A stretch of DNA of 36,957 bases from an uncultured Thermotogae bacterium (GCA_964635895.1 CAZWQN010000004.1:1-36957), one strand, 5' to 3'. Shown: positions 8,247 to 17,774, numbered from the stretch's first letter. The notes: generated by a model from the sequence alone, not told the origin. Translations and numbers: made by a program.

Positions 8247-9110
8247 CTACGCCTGGCCCAACTTCAGCTCCAGAACGCGAATCAGCTCCTCGAGAATCGG
8301 GAGCCCGCCTTCGCGTTCGGACGGGGCTTCCATTCTCCAGAACCCGACTGCGTTTCCTGTTTGTCTCTGGATGAAGCGCATGAGAGGACCTTGCCCGCTG
8401 CGAGTTCCGCTGGGCGACGAAGTTGACGGCGCGGTTTCGGCATCCGCCTGCGGGGAGGTCTCCCCCCACCGCTCTTGCCCTTCGAGCGCGCCGGGCATGG
8501 CCCAACCGAATCCCCAGTTCATCGTCGCCCGCGGCGCCGGATCGCCTTCCGACCGGTTCAAGCCTGCCGAAGCGCTTCCTTTCAAGCTCAGCCACCGCAT
8601 GCCCCGACCTGTTTCTCCGCTTCTGATCTGGGCGCGGATGTCGCCGGTGAGAGTTCCGTCGAGCCGCGGAAGGATTCGCTCAAGAAGCACGCCCTGGTTG
8701 TACGTGAGAAGCTCGCCGAGCTCCTCGAACGCTGTGGTATGCCCGTCGCGGGACGACTTGAGCATGGCGGCGACCTCCGCCTGGTACGCTGCAAGACGAG
8801 CGTCAAGCTCTTCCTCAGTTCCTCGGAACGCGATCATCTCGGCCTCGAGGGCGGCTCTCTTGTCCTCGAGCGCGACGCGGAGGCCATCCCGCTGATCGAC
8901 GATGCCGACCAAGGTGTCGTGGAGCGTCTGCATCTGTTCCTTCGTGAGTTCCATCCGATTGACCAGAATGACCAGATCGAGGTTGACGTCTGACGTGGCG
9001 CTCGGCGCGGTGTCAGTTTCGCTTCCTGAAAGTGTCGACGCCAGGACGGGGATCACCACGGCGGCGACCACCAGGGCGATGAACGGAGCGGCTCTCTTCA
9101 CGTGCTTCAT
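8247..9110 (-). CDS. periplasmic LTXXQ-motif (Spy/CpxP/ZraP-like) protein
   Basis: ATG 9110 has GGAGGT five nt upstream. Signal peptide MKHVKRAAPFIALVVAAVVIPVLAS. Two LTXXQ motifs are present (ELTKEQMQTL and LLTYNQGVL). Confidence 0.7.
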   Translation of the reverse strand: MKHVKRAAPFIALVVAAVVIPVLASTLSGSETDTAPSATSDVNLDLVILVNRMELTKEQMQTLHDTLVGIVDQRDGLRVALEDKRAALEAEMIAFRGTEEELDARLAAYQAEVAAMLKSSRDGHTTAFEELGELLTYNQGVLLERILPRLDGTLTGDIRAQIRSGETGRGMRWLSLKGSASAGLNRSEGDPAPRATMNWGFGWAMPGALEGQERWGETSPQADAETAPSTSSPSGTRSGQGPLMRFIQRQTGNAVGFWRMEAPSEREGGLPILEELIRVLELKLGQA

Positions 9111-9275
9111 GGGTACCTCCCAAGGAACGTATCCAACCGATGCCACTCTGCCGGGAGGAGTTGACGCGCCTCGGTCAGAGTTGTGGCAGAGATGTGGTCC
9201 GCGTCGTGCCGCCCGGCCCACGGCTCGCCTTCCTCGCTGCGTCCCGCTCTGGTACGATCTTCTCGGTGATCCGCG

Positions 9276-9821
9276 ATGCCTGACATCCTGGTGAATCGTG
9301 CTCCGGTCTTGATCCTCTGGGCAACGGTGGTTGCACGAAGGCTGGGCTACAAGGAAGAGGAAGCCCTCACCCTGGGAAAGGCCGTCGCGGGGCAGACGGC
9401 GGCAGCCAAGGGCAAACGCCTAGGGCTGTACGCCGGCAAGACGACGAGCGAGGCGGAGACGCTTCGCGAGAAGCGGCAGGATCTCGGGGCAGGCCTCGTC
9501 GAGTTCATGGGGCGTGCCATCCCGTGTCTCCGGACCGACGGAGGCTTGCGGGCGCTGGACGAGGCGCGACCGACGGATCCCGAGGCGGTCCGGCGCTACC
9601 TGGCATCGAGGTTCGGTGAGGCTCTGTCGAGCGTTCGCGATCGACTCGAGGCTCTTGCCGCCGCGCACGCGCCTGCAGAACTCGAACGGGCGGCGATGGA
9701 CCTCTACATGCAGTTTCGCCCTTCTGCGCCGCCCGGAGCGTCGGGATGGGGACAGCGAGGCCGGCTTGATCTCGACGAAATAGAGCGGTTGGCGACCGCA
9801 CGGCGCCGGCGCGGTTCGTAG
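9276..9821 (+). CDS. conserved-looking hypothetical protein
   Basis: 181-aa ORF with protein-like composition (MPDILVNRAPVLILWATVVARRLGYKEEEALTLGKAVAG..). I recognised no motif. Confidence 0.6.
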   Translation: MPDILVNRAPVLILWATVVARRLGYKEEEALTLGKAVAGQTAAAKGKRLGLYAGKTTSEAETLREKRQDLGAGLVEFMGRAIPCLRTDGGLRALDEARPTDPEAVRRYLASRFGEALSSVRDRLEALAAAHAPAELERAAMDLYMQFRPSAPPGASGWGQRGRLDLDEIERLATARRRRGS

Positions 9822-9879
9822 TTCGGCCCTCGACAAGCCCGTTGCATGGAACGAGCCGCCTCCGTAGGATGGATCGGAG

Positions 9880-10212
9880 GTGATCTCGTTGAACAGAGAC
9901 GATGAGAACAGGGGGTACAGGCCCCCCTATGTATCGCCCGTGCATCCCAGCCATGTGCAGGAATGGCTCGCTCGGCCGAAGGACAAGCCTCACATGACGT
10001 GGGGGACGTCGAATCTCTCTCAGCTGGGATACTTCCTGGCGGCCGCCGGCGTCATGATGATGATCGTCGACCTTGCCGGTACCCGAGTCGACCGCTTCAG
10101 CCTTGTCTTCATCTGGGGGCCGATCGTCGGAGTGACGACCGCAGTCGTCCTCTGGAGGGGCCTCTCGTGGATGCAGCGACGCAGGATGTACCGATCGAAG
10201 CCTCTTCACTGA
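9880..10212 (+). CDS. small membrane protein (two predicted TM segments); start uncertain (GTG 9880 or ATG 9994)
   Basis: Hydrophobic stretches LGYFLAAAGVMMMIVDLAG and LVFIWGPIVGVTTAVVLW. The third codon position is strongly G/C from 9994 onward. Confidence 0.5.
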   Translation: MISLNRDDENRGYRPPYVSPVHPSHVQEWLARPKDKPHMTWGTSNLSQLGYFLAAAGVMMMIVDLAGTRVDRFSLVFIWGPIVGVTTAVVLWRGLSWMQRRRMYRSKPLH

Positions 10213-10245
10213 CCTCAGGAGCGCTTCGGGCGGGCCCTGCGAGGG

Positions 10246-11508
10246 CTACGACGGCGCCGCGGAGTCGAAGAGGACCTCACCCGAGCGGATCGTCATCCGG
10301 ACCGAGAGATCGCTGTCCAGGAGCACAACGTCCGCGACGGCGCCGGGGTGGAGTCGCCCGAGGTGGGTTTCTCCTAAGACGTCGGCCGGATTCCGGGTCA
10401 CGAGCTGAACTGCGTGCGGGATTGAGAGATCGGTGAAGCGCACGGCGTTCCGCAGAGCCTCGTCGAGCGTGAGCGTCGAACCGGCCAGCGTGCCGTCGGC
10501 GAGGCGCGCGACGCCATCATGCGCTGTTCCTGCGAGGCTCCCCAGCGTGAAGCCGCCGTCCGCGGACCCGGCGGCGCGGATCGCATCGGTGACGAGAGAA
10601 AGGCGCCCCAGCTGTCCCCGAGCGGAGAGGTCGTCGACGAGGAAACGAACTACGGCCGGATGGACGTGGAGCCCGTCAGCGATCAACTCCAGGGTGACGC
10701 GGCCGTCGAACAGCGCGGCGCCGAACACACCGGGGGCGCGGTGATCCAGGCCTGACATGGCGTTCCCGAGGTGCGTCACGTGGCCCACTCCCTGTTCGAT
10801 CGCCGCACAGGCCTGTTCGTAGGTCGCGTCGGAGTGGCCGATCGCTGCGACAGCGCCGACGTCCAACACGGCTTCCAAGAGGCCGGCCGCACCGGGAAGC
10901 TCCGGCGCGAGGGTGACGATGCGAACGCTGCTCTCGAACCCGGCGACCAACTCTCGGAATCCTCTGCCATCCGGGGAGCGCAACAGGGCGCGGTCAAGCG
11001 CCCCTCGCTTCGTCGGAGAGACGTACGGGCCCTCGAGGTGAATGCCGAGAAGGCCGAGCTTCGGACGATCGGCGAGAATCGCCATCGCTTGGCGAAGCCG
11101 GGCGAACTCCATCGGAATGAGGGAGGCGACGGCACGCGTGGTGCCGTGCGCGGCGTGGAAGTCGAGCACGATCTTCACGGCATGAAGCGAACCGTCGGCG
11201 AAGTCGGCGCCCGCTCCTCCGTGGACATGAAGGTCGACGAAGCCCGGAACGACCCAACACCCGGCTGCGTCGATCACCAGGTCGTCGGGAGCCGGCTCCA
11301 CCGACCCCACCCGCACGATCCGGTCTTCGATCACGAGGACATCGGCCTGGGATTCGTCTCCGTCCGGAAGAATAGAGCGGCCTCCGACGATCGCGATGCG
11401 ATGAGGAGCTGTCTTTGACGTCGGCACCATCTCCTCTTCCGACTCGGGCGCCCGTTCCCTTCTTGCGTCCGAAGCACCGCCCTCCAAGGCCCGGATCGTT
11501 CGCAGCAT
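10246..11508 (-). CDS. nagA: N-acetylglucosamine-6-phosphate deacetylase
   Basis: PGFVDLHVHGGAG, GIHLEGPYVSP, AAIGHSDATYEQ, HLGNAM, LIADGLHVHP, LVTDAI and TLAGSTLTLDEALRN are the characteristic NagA amidohydrolase blocks. The start is either 11508 or the internal ATG at 11430. Confidence 0.9.
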   Translation of the reverse strand: MLRTIRALEGGASDARRERAPESEEEMVPTSKTAPHRIAIVGGRSILPDGDESQADVLVIEDRIVRVGSVEPAPDDLVIDAAGCWVVPGFVDLHVHGGAGADFADGSLHAVKIVLDFHAAHGTTRAVASLIPMEFARLRQAMAILADRPKLGLLGIHLEGPYVSPTKRGALDRALLRSPDGRGFRELVAGFESSVRIVTLAPELPGAAGLLEAVLDVGAVAAIGHSDATYEQACAAIEQGVGHVTHLGNAMSGLDHRAPGVFGAALFDGRVTLELIADGLHVHPAVVRFLVDDLSARGQLGRLSLVTDAIRAAGSADGGFTLGSLAGTAHDGVARLADGTLAGSTLTLDEALRNAVRFTDLSIPHAVQLVTRNPADVLGETHLGRLHPGAVADVVLLDSDLSVRMTIRSGEVLFDSAAPS

Positions 11509-11544
11509 ACACGATTCGGCGTTCCGGAAGGGCGTGGCGACGGG

Positions 11545-12282
11545 TCAGCGGTCGGGTGTCGAATCCGCTGGAGACGATCGGAGGGACGTCGCTCGTCGCA
11601 GCCGGCGGGCGGTACGGACGACCCATCCGACCGCACCCACGAGCGTGGCGCAGGCGACGGCCGGGAAGAGGACCCGGCCGATCCCCGCGGCGGTTCCCAT
11701 GCGAGGCGTGAGGGCCGTCGCAATCAGCGTGAAGTCGTAGGTGCCGTGAACCAGAATGGCGGCAGTCAAGCACCGGGAGAGGACGCCTCGATCGTCCGGC
11801 GTGAGGCGGGCCCTCACGACGCCGTAACCCAGCATGGCCCCGGTCGCTGCGTTGATCGGCACTGCGGTGACCGCCCGGAGGACCGCGGCAAGCCACCCGC
11901 CCTGAATGACGTAGAGGGCGTTCTCCAGCGTGCCGAAACCCAGCGCGGCCGTAATCCCATACACAAGGCCGTCCGAGGCATCGCGCAATCCGGGGCGCCG
12001 TACGCTGTACACGTGGACCACGAGCAGTTTCAGAACCTCTTCGGGGATAGCCGTCAAGGCGAACGCCCCGACCGCCGCAGCAAGCCATGGTGAAGAGGTC
12101 GACGTCAGGGAGGCGACGGCGACGAGGGCTATCGCCGGGAACGCCGCGAGGAAGCCAAGGACAAACGTGCCGAGGAGGGCCAGTGGGACATCGCGCCGAG
12201 CGTTCCGACGGGCGAACCAGCCGATTAGGACGAGGACCGGAAGGACGGCCAACGCGCCGGCGAGAACCAGCCTTCCCGCCAC
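11545..12282 (-). CDS. PrsW-family intramembrane metalloprotease
   Basis: Multi-TM protein carrying AIPEEVLKLL (E-E-x-x-K), GFGTLENALY and HGTYDF (H-x-x-x-D), which are the PrsW-family signatures. Confidence 0.8.
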   Translation of the reverse strand: MAGRLVLAGALAVLPVLVLIGWFARRNARRDVPLALLGTFVLGFLAAFPAIALVAVASLTSTSSPWLAAAVGAFALTAIPEEVLKLLVVHVYSVRRPGLRDASDGLVYGITAALGFGTLENALYVIQGGWLAAVLRAVTAVPINAATGAMLGYGVVRARLTPDDRGVLSRCLTAAILVHGTYDFTLIATALTPRMGTAAGIGRVLFPAVACATLVGAVGWVVRTARRLRRATSLRSSPADSTPDR

Positions 12283-12344
12283 CGATCCCTCCCTTCGATC
12301 GCCGCGTACTTCTGCGGCTTAGCCGTGTTCCTATCCGGACGCGG

Positions 12345-13331
12345 CTATGTTACATCATCCGGGAGGCAGATAGCGAACCTGCACCAGGGATCGCCGCGGA
12401 GCACGGTTTCGATGACCTCGGCTCGGAGAGACCTGCCGAAGATCACGTCGTACGGCTTCTTGTGGAACGCGGCGCTGCAGTTGCAGAACGTCGCAGGGAC
12501 TGGCGTCTCCCCATCGCGCAGCGACTCCCGCGCCCACGGGCAGTGGCAGTAGAGGTACGCCCTTCTCCTCGGGTCGCTCTCCGCGAGGAACTCGACGGCC
12601 ATGTACGGGATCTTCGCCTCGTAGATCACGTTGCCGACCCGAACGCCTTGTCGAATCTCCGGATGGGCTTCCACGTAGGCAATGACGTCGTCCGTGATGG
12701 GCTGATTGAAGTAAAGGCTCCTCTCGTCGCGGATCTTCTCAAGCTCCGCGATGAACCCGTCGCCCTTCTCCGCGAGATAGGCGTCGATCCCTCCCGCCGC
12801 CTGGTATTTCCTCTTCTCGTCGGTGAATCCTTCGTCCGGTAGGTCGCGCAGTCCTGTCCCGAGGATCTCAGCACACCGCTTGGGGCCGATGTCTCTTTCT
12901 AACCGCTCGATCACCACGCGCATGGCTCGGTGCTTCTCCGTGTTCGGGGTGCCGAGCGGAGGAAGGGGGACCCCGCGGAAGACCCGATCGCGCTCGTCCG
13001 CTCCGAGGTTGTCGGCGAGCTTCGCAAACAGGTTGCCGAGGACCTCGTGCCCGTCGATGTACTCGAGAGCGGCGGCGAAGACCTCGTAATTGCCGGCGAA
13101 TCGCCCGCTACGGGCAACGGTTAGGTACGTCTCCCACGTGTTGGCATCCTCTTCGATCAGAGCGGCCGAGAACGCGTTGACATCCTTCCTCGTGGCCGTC
13201 GCAAGATCGCGTGGAGGCTTCCGCATCCGAAGGAACGTCTCGAAGCGTTCCACAACCTTGATGGACTCCTTGACCTGATTCTCGGTGAGCCCCCGCTCCT
13301 GCAGGTAACGGCGGAACCCCTCGCGATCCAT
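12345..13331 (-). CDS. hypothetical protein with a SAM-like/core-binding-like N-terminus and a Cys-rich C-terminus
   Basis: ATG 13331 follows a GAGGAGGAGGAG run. N-terminus MDREGFRRYLQERGLTENQVKESIKVVERFETFL. C-terminus YLYCHCPWARES..FCNCSAAFHKK..WCRFAIC contains six Cys. The 544-aa track ORF extends upstream only as an Arg-rich artefact. Confidence 0.7.
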   Translation of the reverse strand: MDREGFRRYLQERGLTENQVKESIKVVERFETFLRMRKPPRDLATATRKDVNAFSAALIEEDANTWETYLTVARSGRFAGNYEVFAAALEYIDGHEVLGNLFAKLADNLGADERDRVFRGVPLPPLGTPNTEKHRAMRVVIERLERDIGPKRCAEILGTGLRDLPDEGFTDEKRKYQAAGGIDAYLAEKGDGFIAELEKIRDERSLYFNQPITDDVIAYVEAHPEIRQGVRVGNVIYEAKIPYMAVEFLAESDPRRRAYLYCHCPWARESLRDGETPVPATFCNCSAAFHKKPYDVIFGRSLRAEVIETVLRGDPWCRFAICLPDDVT

Positions 13332-13496
13332 CTCCTCCTCCTCACGAGACAAGCTCTTCCGATGACTCTCGGGGCGAGCGGCAGACGACCTCTGATCCGT
13401 ACACGACGCGCCCACCGAAGCATTGTTGCCGCGCAGCGTCTCGGCTCCGTTGCGCCCCTGGCGACACCAAAACCTCCCTCCGGTAGAATCCTGGCC

Positions 13497-14216
13497 GTGT
13501 GCCGAATGCTCGCTGCTCCGCTCGGACTGCCAGGTCACGCCGTCCTCGGGCCGTTTCGCGCGATGGCCCGCGGGGAGAACCCCGCGAGGAAGCACAGCAA
13601 CGCGTGGGACCACCCACACGGCTGGGGAGTCGTCTACGAGGAGAGAGGGCTCCTTCGCGCGTACCGAAGCGCTCGACCCTGCTGGCAGGACCCAACCTTC
13701 GATGCGTTCGGTGAGGCCCGCATCCTTCTCCTCCACGCGCGACGGGCGACCAACGGAGCCGTCTCCGCGGAAAACGCGCACCCATTCTCCCTCGATGTGG
13801 CGGGGCGAACGTGGTTCTTCTGCCACAATGGCACGGTTCACGATCCACTCCCTGCCCCTGCAGAGTCTAGGCTCGCCGCGACGACGGATTCCTACCGGAT
13901 GTTCTTTCGGCTGGCCGGGGAGGGTTTGGGCACCGACACGTCGGCCACACTCTGCTCCGTCTACGGGTCGCTCGCCCACTACACGTCGCTCAATACGTTC
14001 CTGCTCGAGGAAGAGGAGCTGTGGACCGTCTGTCGTTGGGCGAAGGACTCAGCGTACTACACCCTCTACCAGAGCGAGGCGGGCGGCGGACCGGTGGTCT
14101 CGTCGGAGCCTCTCCCGGAGCTCGCTGGAGCGTGGACGGCCATGGCTAATGGAGCTGTGCTCCATGTCGACCGGCGAACCGGCGCCGCCGAGCGAACGAC
14201 TCTTCTGCAGCCGTAG
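13497..14216 (+). CDS. class-II (Ntn-type) glutamine amidotransferase, YafJ-like
   Basis: GTG 13497 is directly followed by TGC, giving the obligatory N-terminal Cys after Met removal (V/M-CRMLAAP). Also present: HPHGWG, LLHARRATNG..NAHPF and FCHNGTV. Confidence 0.8.
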   Translation: MCRMLAAPLGLPGHAVLGPFRAMARGENPARKHSNAWDHPHGWGVVYEERGLLRAYRSARPCWQDPTFDAFGEARILLLHARRATNGAVSAENAHPFSLDVAGRTWFFCHNGTVHDPLPAPAESRLAATTDSYRMFFRLAGEGLGTDTSATLCSVYGSLAHYTSLNTFLLEEEELWTVCRWAKDSAYYTLYQSEAGGGPVVSSEPLPELAGAWTAMANGAVLHVDRRTGAAERTTLLQP

Positions 14217-14384
14217 GAGGTGTGTGCTGTGCCGTCGCTCGAAGAGGCTCGCCACTTCTCTTCTTGTAGGTGTCGGCCCATACAGCTTGTTGCCTGCCGA
14301 AGGGAACGGCGCAGGCGTCCTCAGGGGCCGCTTTCGAGGGGAGGGTCGAATGAGCCCTTGCCCTCGAGCCTTCGAACGCGGCGC

Positions 14385-14425
14385 GTGAGGTAGAAGAAAG
14401 ACAGAGGGGCCCGGATGGGCCCCTC
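14385..14425 (-). terminator. intrinsic-terminator-like hairpin (perfect 9-bp GC stem) plus a U-rich tract
   Basis: GAGGGGCCC (14404-14412), loop ggat, GGGCCCCTC (14417-14425). On the minus strand it is followed by TGTCTTTCTTCT, 22 nt downstream of the stop at 14447. It lies in a convergent gap and may serve both genes. Confidence 0.6.
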
Positions 14426-14446
14426 ACCGGAGATTGCCGATGCTCG

Positions 14447-17400
14447 CTAACGGTCGATGAACACGGTGCCCTTGGCGGACGGCGTGTTGGCCGGGGTGAA
14501 GGTGTTCGTCCCGTCCGTCGCCGTTATGACGTAGAGGTACGGGCCGTTCGCCAACGCTTCGCCATCGTCGCTCATACCGTCCCACACGACGTTCGTCGCG
14601 TCTACCTGTGTGGTCGCCCATACGAGGTGGCCGTTGAGATCGTAGATCAGAACAGAGAACTGCGTCGCGACCCCAGAGCCCTCGTACGCAAACGTCACGC
14701 TCCCGGGGAACGGGTTGGGCGCTGCGTAGAACTGCGTCACCAAGAGCGCGCCCGCCACGATCACCACCGTGTCCGAACTTGTGTCGGTCGGGTCCGTCGG
14801 GTCGGTGTACGTCGCTGTCAGCACGTCGCCGACCGCCACGTCGAGTTCGAGTGGATCGGTGACGAACATGTGGCTCTGGCTTCCGTACGTCGTCAGGTCG
14901 TACGCGACGCCGTCGATGGTGACGGCGTCGGACAAGGAGACGTCCAGCGCGTGCGAAACATCGGTGACTCGAACGCGGATGCAATCCCCCGGCGTGTAGC
15001 TGGTGACCTCGTTCCCCGCAGAGTCGATGAACGCCGTCGACGAGCCTGGAGTGGTCGGGGCGCCTCCGCCGACCGAGGTCTTGATCGCGATCATCGCCGC
15101 GTCGGAGTGGTTCGACGGATCCTGGTAGAAGGCGACGATCGTGTCGCCCGGAAGGACGTCGAGCGTTGGCACACACGGGTAGACCGCAGTCAGATCGACG
15201 CAGATGACGGACATGAACGTCCCGCTGCCTACCCGCGTTTCGAGCAGGTCGAGGGCCGCCCAACGGCCGCTGCGCGGGTTCAAGACGTAGACCCTCGGCG
15301 CTCCGTCATAGGCGTCGTTCGGGTACGGATTGGGCGAGTCGTTGAAGATGTTCGTGTCGCCGAGCAGCGCGTTGACGGGGTGCGTGTTGACGCGGTCCGG
15401 GATGCAATCGAACTCGTTCAGCGGCAACGGGCCAAACGGGAGGTTCTGCCCCCCGTCCCAGAACCCGGCCACGCGCTCCCGGCGGAACAGGTCCTCGTTC
15501 TGATCGTCGTCCGTGACCTCGAGGAACACGCAGTCCGAGTTCACGTAGCCGGTGACGGCGTTTCCGTTGCGATCGAGGAAGCGCATCCTTGTCGTGGTGC
15601 CGTCGTAGACCTGCGTGTCGGCAATCGACATCAGGTCGAACGAGACATCGTTCGACGCGCGAATCCGATCGATGCGCGGACCCGAGTACGCCGTGTACGT
15701 GTCCTCGTCGCCGAGCCCGAACATCCCTTGGTCGTTGTTCACGTAGTAGACGTCGTTGTAGCGGACGTAGACGTCATCTTCATTGAACACCTCGAGCTTC
15801 CAGTTGTCGAGGACGAGCTGATAGCCCCCGAGGAGGCCGGCCAGGCCGACGCCGAGCGCGTCCCACACCGGGAGAAGCTGCATTCCCGCGCTCGAGAAGA
15901 AGGTGGACGAGTTCGACGATGTCTCGTCGAGAATCCAGAACTCACCGTCGTCCTCATCGTGCGGGTCGCAAAGATGGACGACGACCTGCTCTGGGCAGCA
16001 CGGGTCGGCGTTGGCATTCTCGTCGATCACCTGAACGTAGATCGCATCGCGGCCGATCCAGTAGACGTCTCGGTCTTGGCGGGACGCGTCGGTGAAGCTC
16101 GTCGCCGAGTGCTGCCGCTCCCCGATGTACGCGGTCGCCAGCTTGAAGTCGTCCTCGTCGTTCGGATCGAGGTAGTAGGCGACGAGCACGTCGCGCACGT
16201 TCAGGCTCAAGAACCCGAGGTCTACGAGGATCGAGTTCAGCCTGAGCTCGAACACGCCGGTGTTCGTCCCGGTTTCTCGGGCGTAGAACGAAACGGCCGT
16301 GACTCCGTTTGCGCTCACCGTGTCGAATAGCGATCCGTGATACTCGAGATCGAACACCCCGCGCTTCGGATACTGGATGTAGTAGCGGCCGTCTTTCGCG
16401 CCCTTGCTCCCGTAGTCGTTCTTCTCCGCGTTGTAGATGTTGAACCACCGAATCGGCCGGTTCGACAGGTCGCCGCTTGTGCCATCCGGCATCACCGCGC
16501 GGTCGGTCGTCCCGATGTAGCTTCCGTCGACTCCGCCGGTACGCTTCAGCATGCAGAAGTTGGTGGCATTGTCGCCGGTAGTGCTCGTCGCGACGTCCTC
16601 TGAGTTCGTCGGATTCCACGACCCGGGGTTCACGATGATGAACACGGGAACGACTTCGACCCGGTTGCAGTTTAGGTTCTCGTCCGGGTCCACGATCGTG
16701 ATCGTCGCGGCCTCGTTCCCATCCTTGTAGACGACTCCGTTGCCCTTCGAGCTTCCACCTTCCCAGGTGATGGTTGCTTCCGTGTCGATGATCTTCATCA
16801 TCTCGACGGCGACGTCAGTCTCGTCGTTCTGATCCTGGACCATGCCGATGAGCGTGTCCATGTTCTCGAACCGCCCGATCAGCCAGTAGTCCACCAGGTC
16901 GGTCGTTCTCGCGGAGTCGAGTTCAGAGGGCAGCACGCCGGCCCAGAGAGGGAGGAACGCGAGATCCCTCATCACGAGCCCCGACTTGAACGCCACGGAG
17001 TTGAATGGCTGAAAACCGACCCAACAGAGGACGTCCCCGTGCGTGATGTCCCCGGGCTTCGTGTCGGTGAACAGGGCGACGTGGGAGTAGGCGCCCCACT
17101 TGAACGAGCGCGGTTCTGCGACGAGTGGTTTGGCGACAATGTGGTTGTTCCCGGCCACCGCACCTCCGGTCGGCAGATCCACGACGTGGGTCCCTTTCCA
17201 CGGCTCGCTCGAGGCGAAGCTCTCGCGCGTGCCGATCTGGAACGGCCGCTTGCTCACGAAGATCCCCGTGTCGGCGCCGGTCTCCTCGAAGTAGTCCCCG
17301 GCGAGCGACCCGGGGTTCCCGGGGTAGTGGCCCTTATAGGGAACGGAGGTGACATGATTGTTCTGGTTGGCGTTAAGCGGGTGCGCTGCCTTGAAGCCAA

Positions 17401-17671
17401 TCGTCTCGCGGTTGCTCGTCCAGACGATGGACGCGCCGGTCTTCGGGTCCATCAGCTTGACGTCGGTCCAGATCTTGTCCCGCACGTCGCAGTCGATGTT
17501 CTCATCCGGGTCGTACAGGCAGATCCAGACCTCGGTTCCTTCCTGGACATTCGTCACGCGGGTCGCGCCGCCCTTGTCGGACGAGAAGTACATCTCGGCC
17601 GTGGACGCCCCCAGCGGGAGCGCCGCGACGATCAAGGCAACGCCCATCAATCCTAGGCACTTCCGTATCAT
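14447..17671 (-). CDS. large secreted repeat protein with a C-terminal FlgD-Ig / T9SS-type sorting-like domain
   Basis: Signal peptide MIRKCLGLMGVALIVAALPLGAS. Recurrent beta-strand plus acidic motifs: LYDPDENIDCDV, IVDPDENLNCNRVEV, VIDENANADP, LEVTDDDQNEDL, YLDPNDEDD, YTDPTDPTD. The C-terminus AAPNPFPGSVTFAY..VLIYDLNGHLVW..VWDG..NGPYLYVI is typical of FlgD-Ig/Por-secretion tails. Confidence 0.85.
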   Translation of the reverse strand: MIRKCLGLMGVALIVAALPLGASTAEMYFSSDKGGATRVTNVQEGTEVWICLYDPDENIDCDVRDKIWTDVKLMDPKTGASIVWTSNRETIGFKAAHPLNANQNNHVTSVPYKGHYPGNPGSLAGDYFEETGADTGIFVSKRPFQIGTRESFASSEPWKGTHVVDLPTGGAVAGNNHIVAKPLVAEPRSFKWGAYSHVALFTDTKPGDITHGDVLCWVGFQPFNSVAFKSGLVMRDLAFLPLWAGVLPSELDSARTTDLVDYWLIGRFENMDTLIGMVQDQNDETDVAVEMMKIIDTEATITWEGGSSKGNGVVYKDGNEAATITIVDPDENLNCNRVEVVPVFIIVNPGSWNPTNSEDVATSTTGDNATNFCMLKRTGGVDGSYIGTTDRAVMPDGTSGDLSNRPIRWFNIYNAEKNDYGSKGAKDGRYYIQYPKRGVFDLEYHGSLFDTVSANGVTAVSFYARETGTNTGVFELRLNSILVDLGFLSLNVRDVLVAYYLDPNDEDDFKLATAYIGERQHSATSFTDASRQDRDVYWIGRDAIYVQVIDENANADPCCPEQVVVHLCDPHDEDDGEFWILDETSSNSSTFFSSAGMQLLPVWDALGVGLAGLLGGYQLVLDNWKLEVFNEDDVYVRYNDVYYVNNDQGMFGLGDEDTYTAYSGPRIDRIRASNDVSFDLMSIADTQVYDGTTTRMRFLDRNGNAVTGYVNSDCVFLEVTDDDQNEDLFRRERVAGFWDGGQNLPFGPLPLNEFDCIPDRVNTHPVNALLGDTNIFNDSPNPYPNDAYDGAPRVYVLNPRSGRWAALDLLETRVGSGTFMSVICVDLTAVYPCVPTLDVLPGDTIVAFYQDPSNHSDAAMIAIKTSVGGGAPTTPGSSTAFIDSAGNEVTSYTPGDCIRVRVTDVSHALDVSLSDAVTIDGVAYDLTTYGSQSHMFVTDPLELDVAVGDVLTATYTDPTDPTDTSSDTVVIVAGALLVTQFYAAPNPFPGSVTFAYEGSGVATQFSVLIYDLNGHLVWATTQVDATNVVWDGMSDDGEALANGPYLYVITATDGTNTFTPANTPSAKGTVFIDR

Positions 17672-17745
17672 GACTCGCCCCTTCCCTCTCCTTCGGAACC
17701 CTCCGACGATAGATCGCTGTCGATCTCGGACGGCCGGTTGCGATC

Positions 17746-17774
17746 AAAGTACGCACCGCAAATGACGTTGTCAA
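17746..17774 (-). promoter_or_regulatory. sigma70-like promoter: TTGACA, 17-nt spacer, TACTTT (minus strand)
   Basis: The reverse complement of 17769-17774 is TTGACA and that of 17746-17751 is TACTTT. It sits about 75 nt upstream of the 17671 start. Confidence 0.5.

Noticed and set aside
12345-13979. Long N-terminal extensions of track ORFs (12345..13979, 19015..20367, 31218..32762, 32354..34867, 10994..12088)
   Set aside because: The extensions are Arg/Pro/Gly-rich and overlap neighbouring real genes. Internal starts with strong SD sequences give proteins that begin where homology-like sequence begins.
14627-16330. 567-aa plus-strand ORF inside the giant secreted protein gene
   Set aside because: The composition is Arg/Val/Asp-dominated and mirrors the real minus-strand frame. 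The minus frame has a signal peptide, repeats, a sorting domain, a promoter and a terminator.
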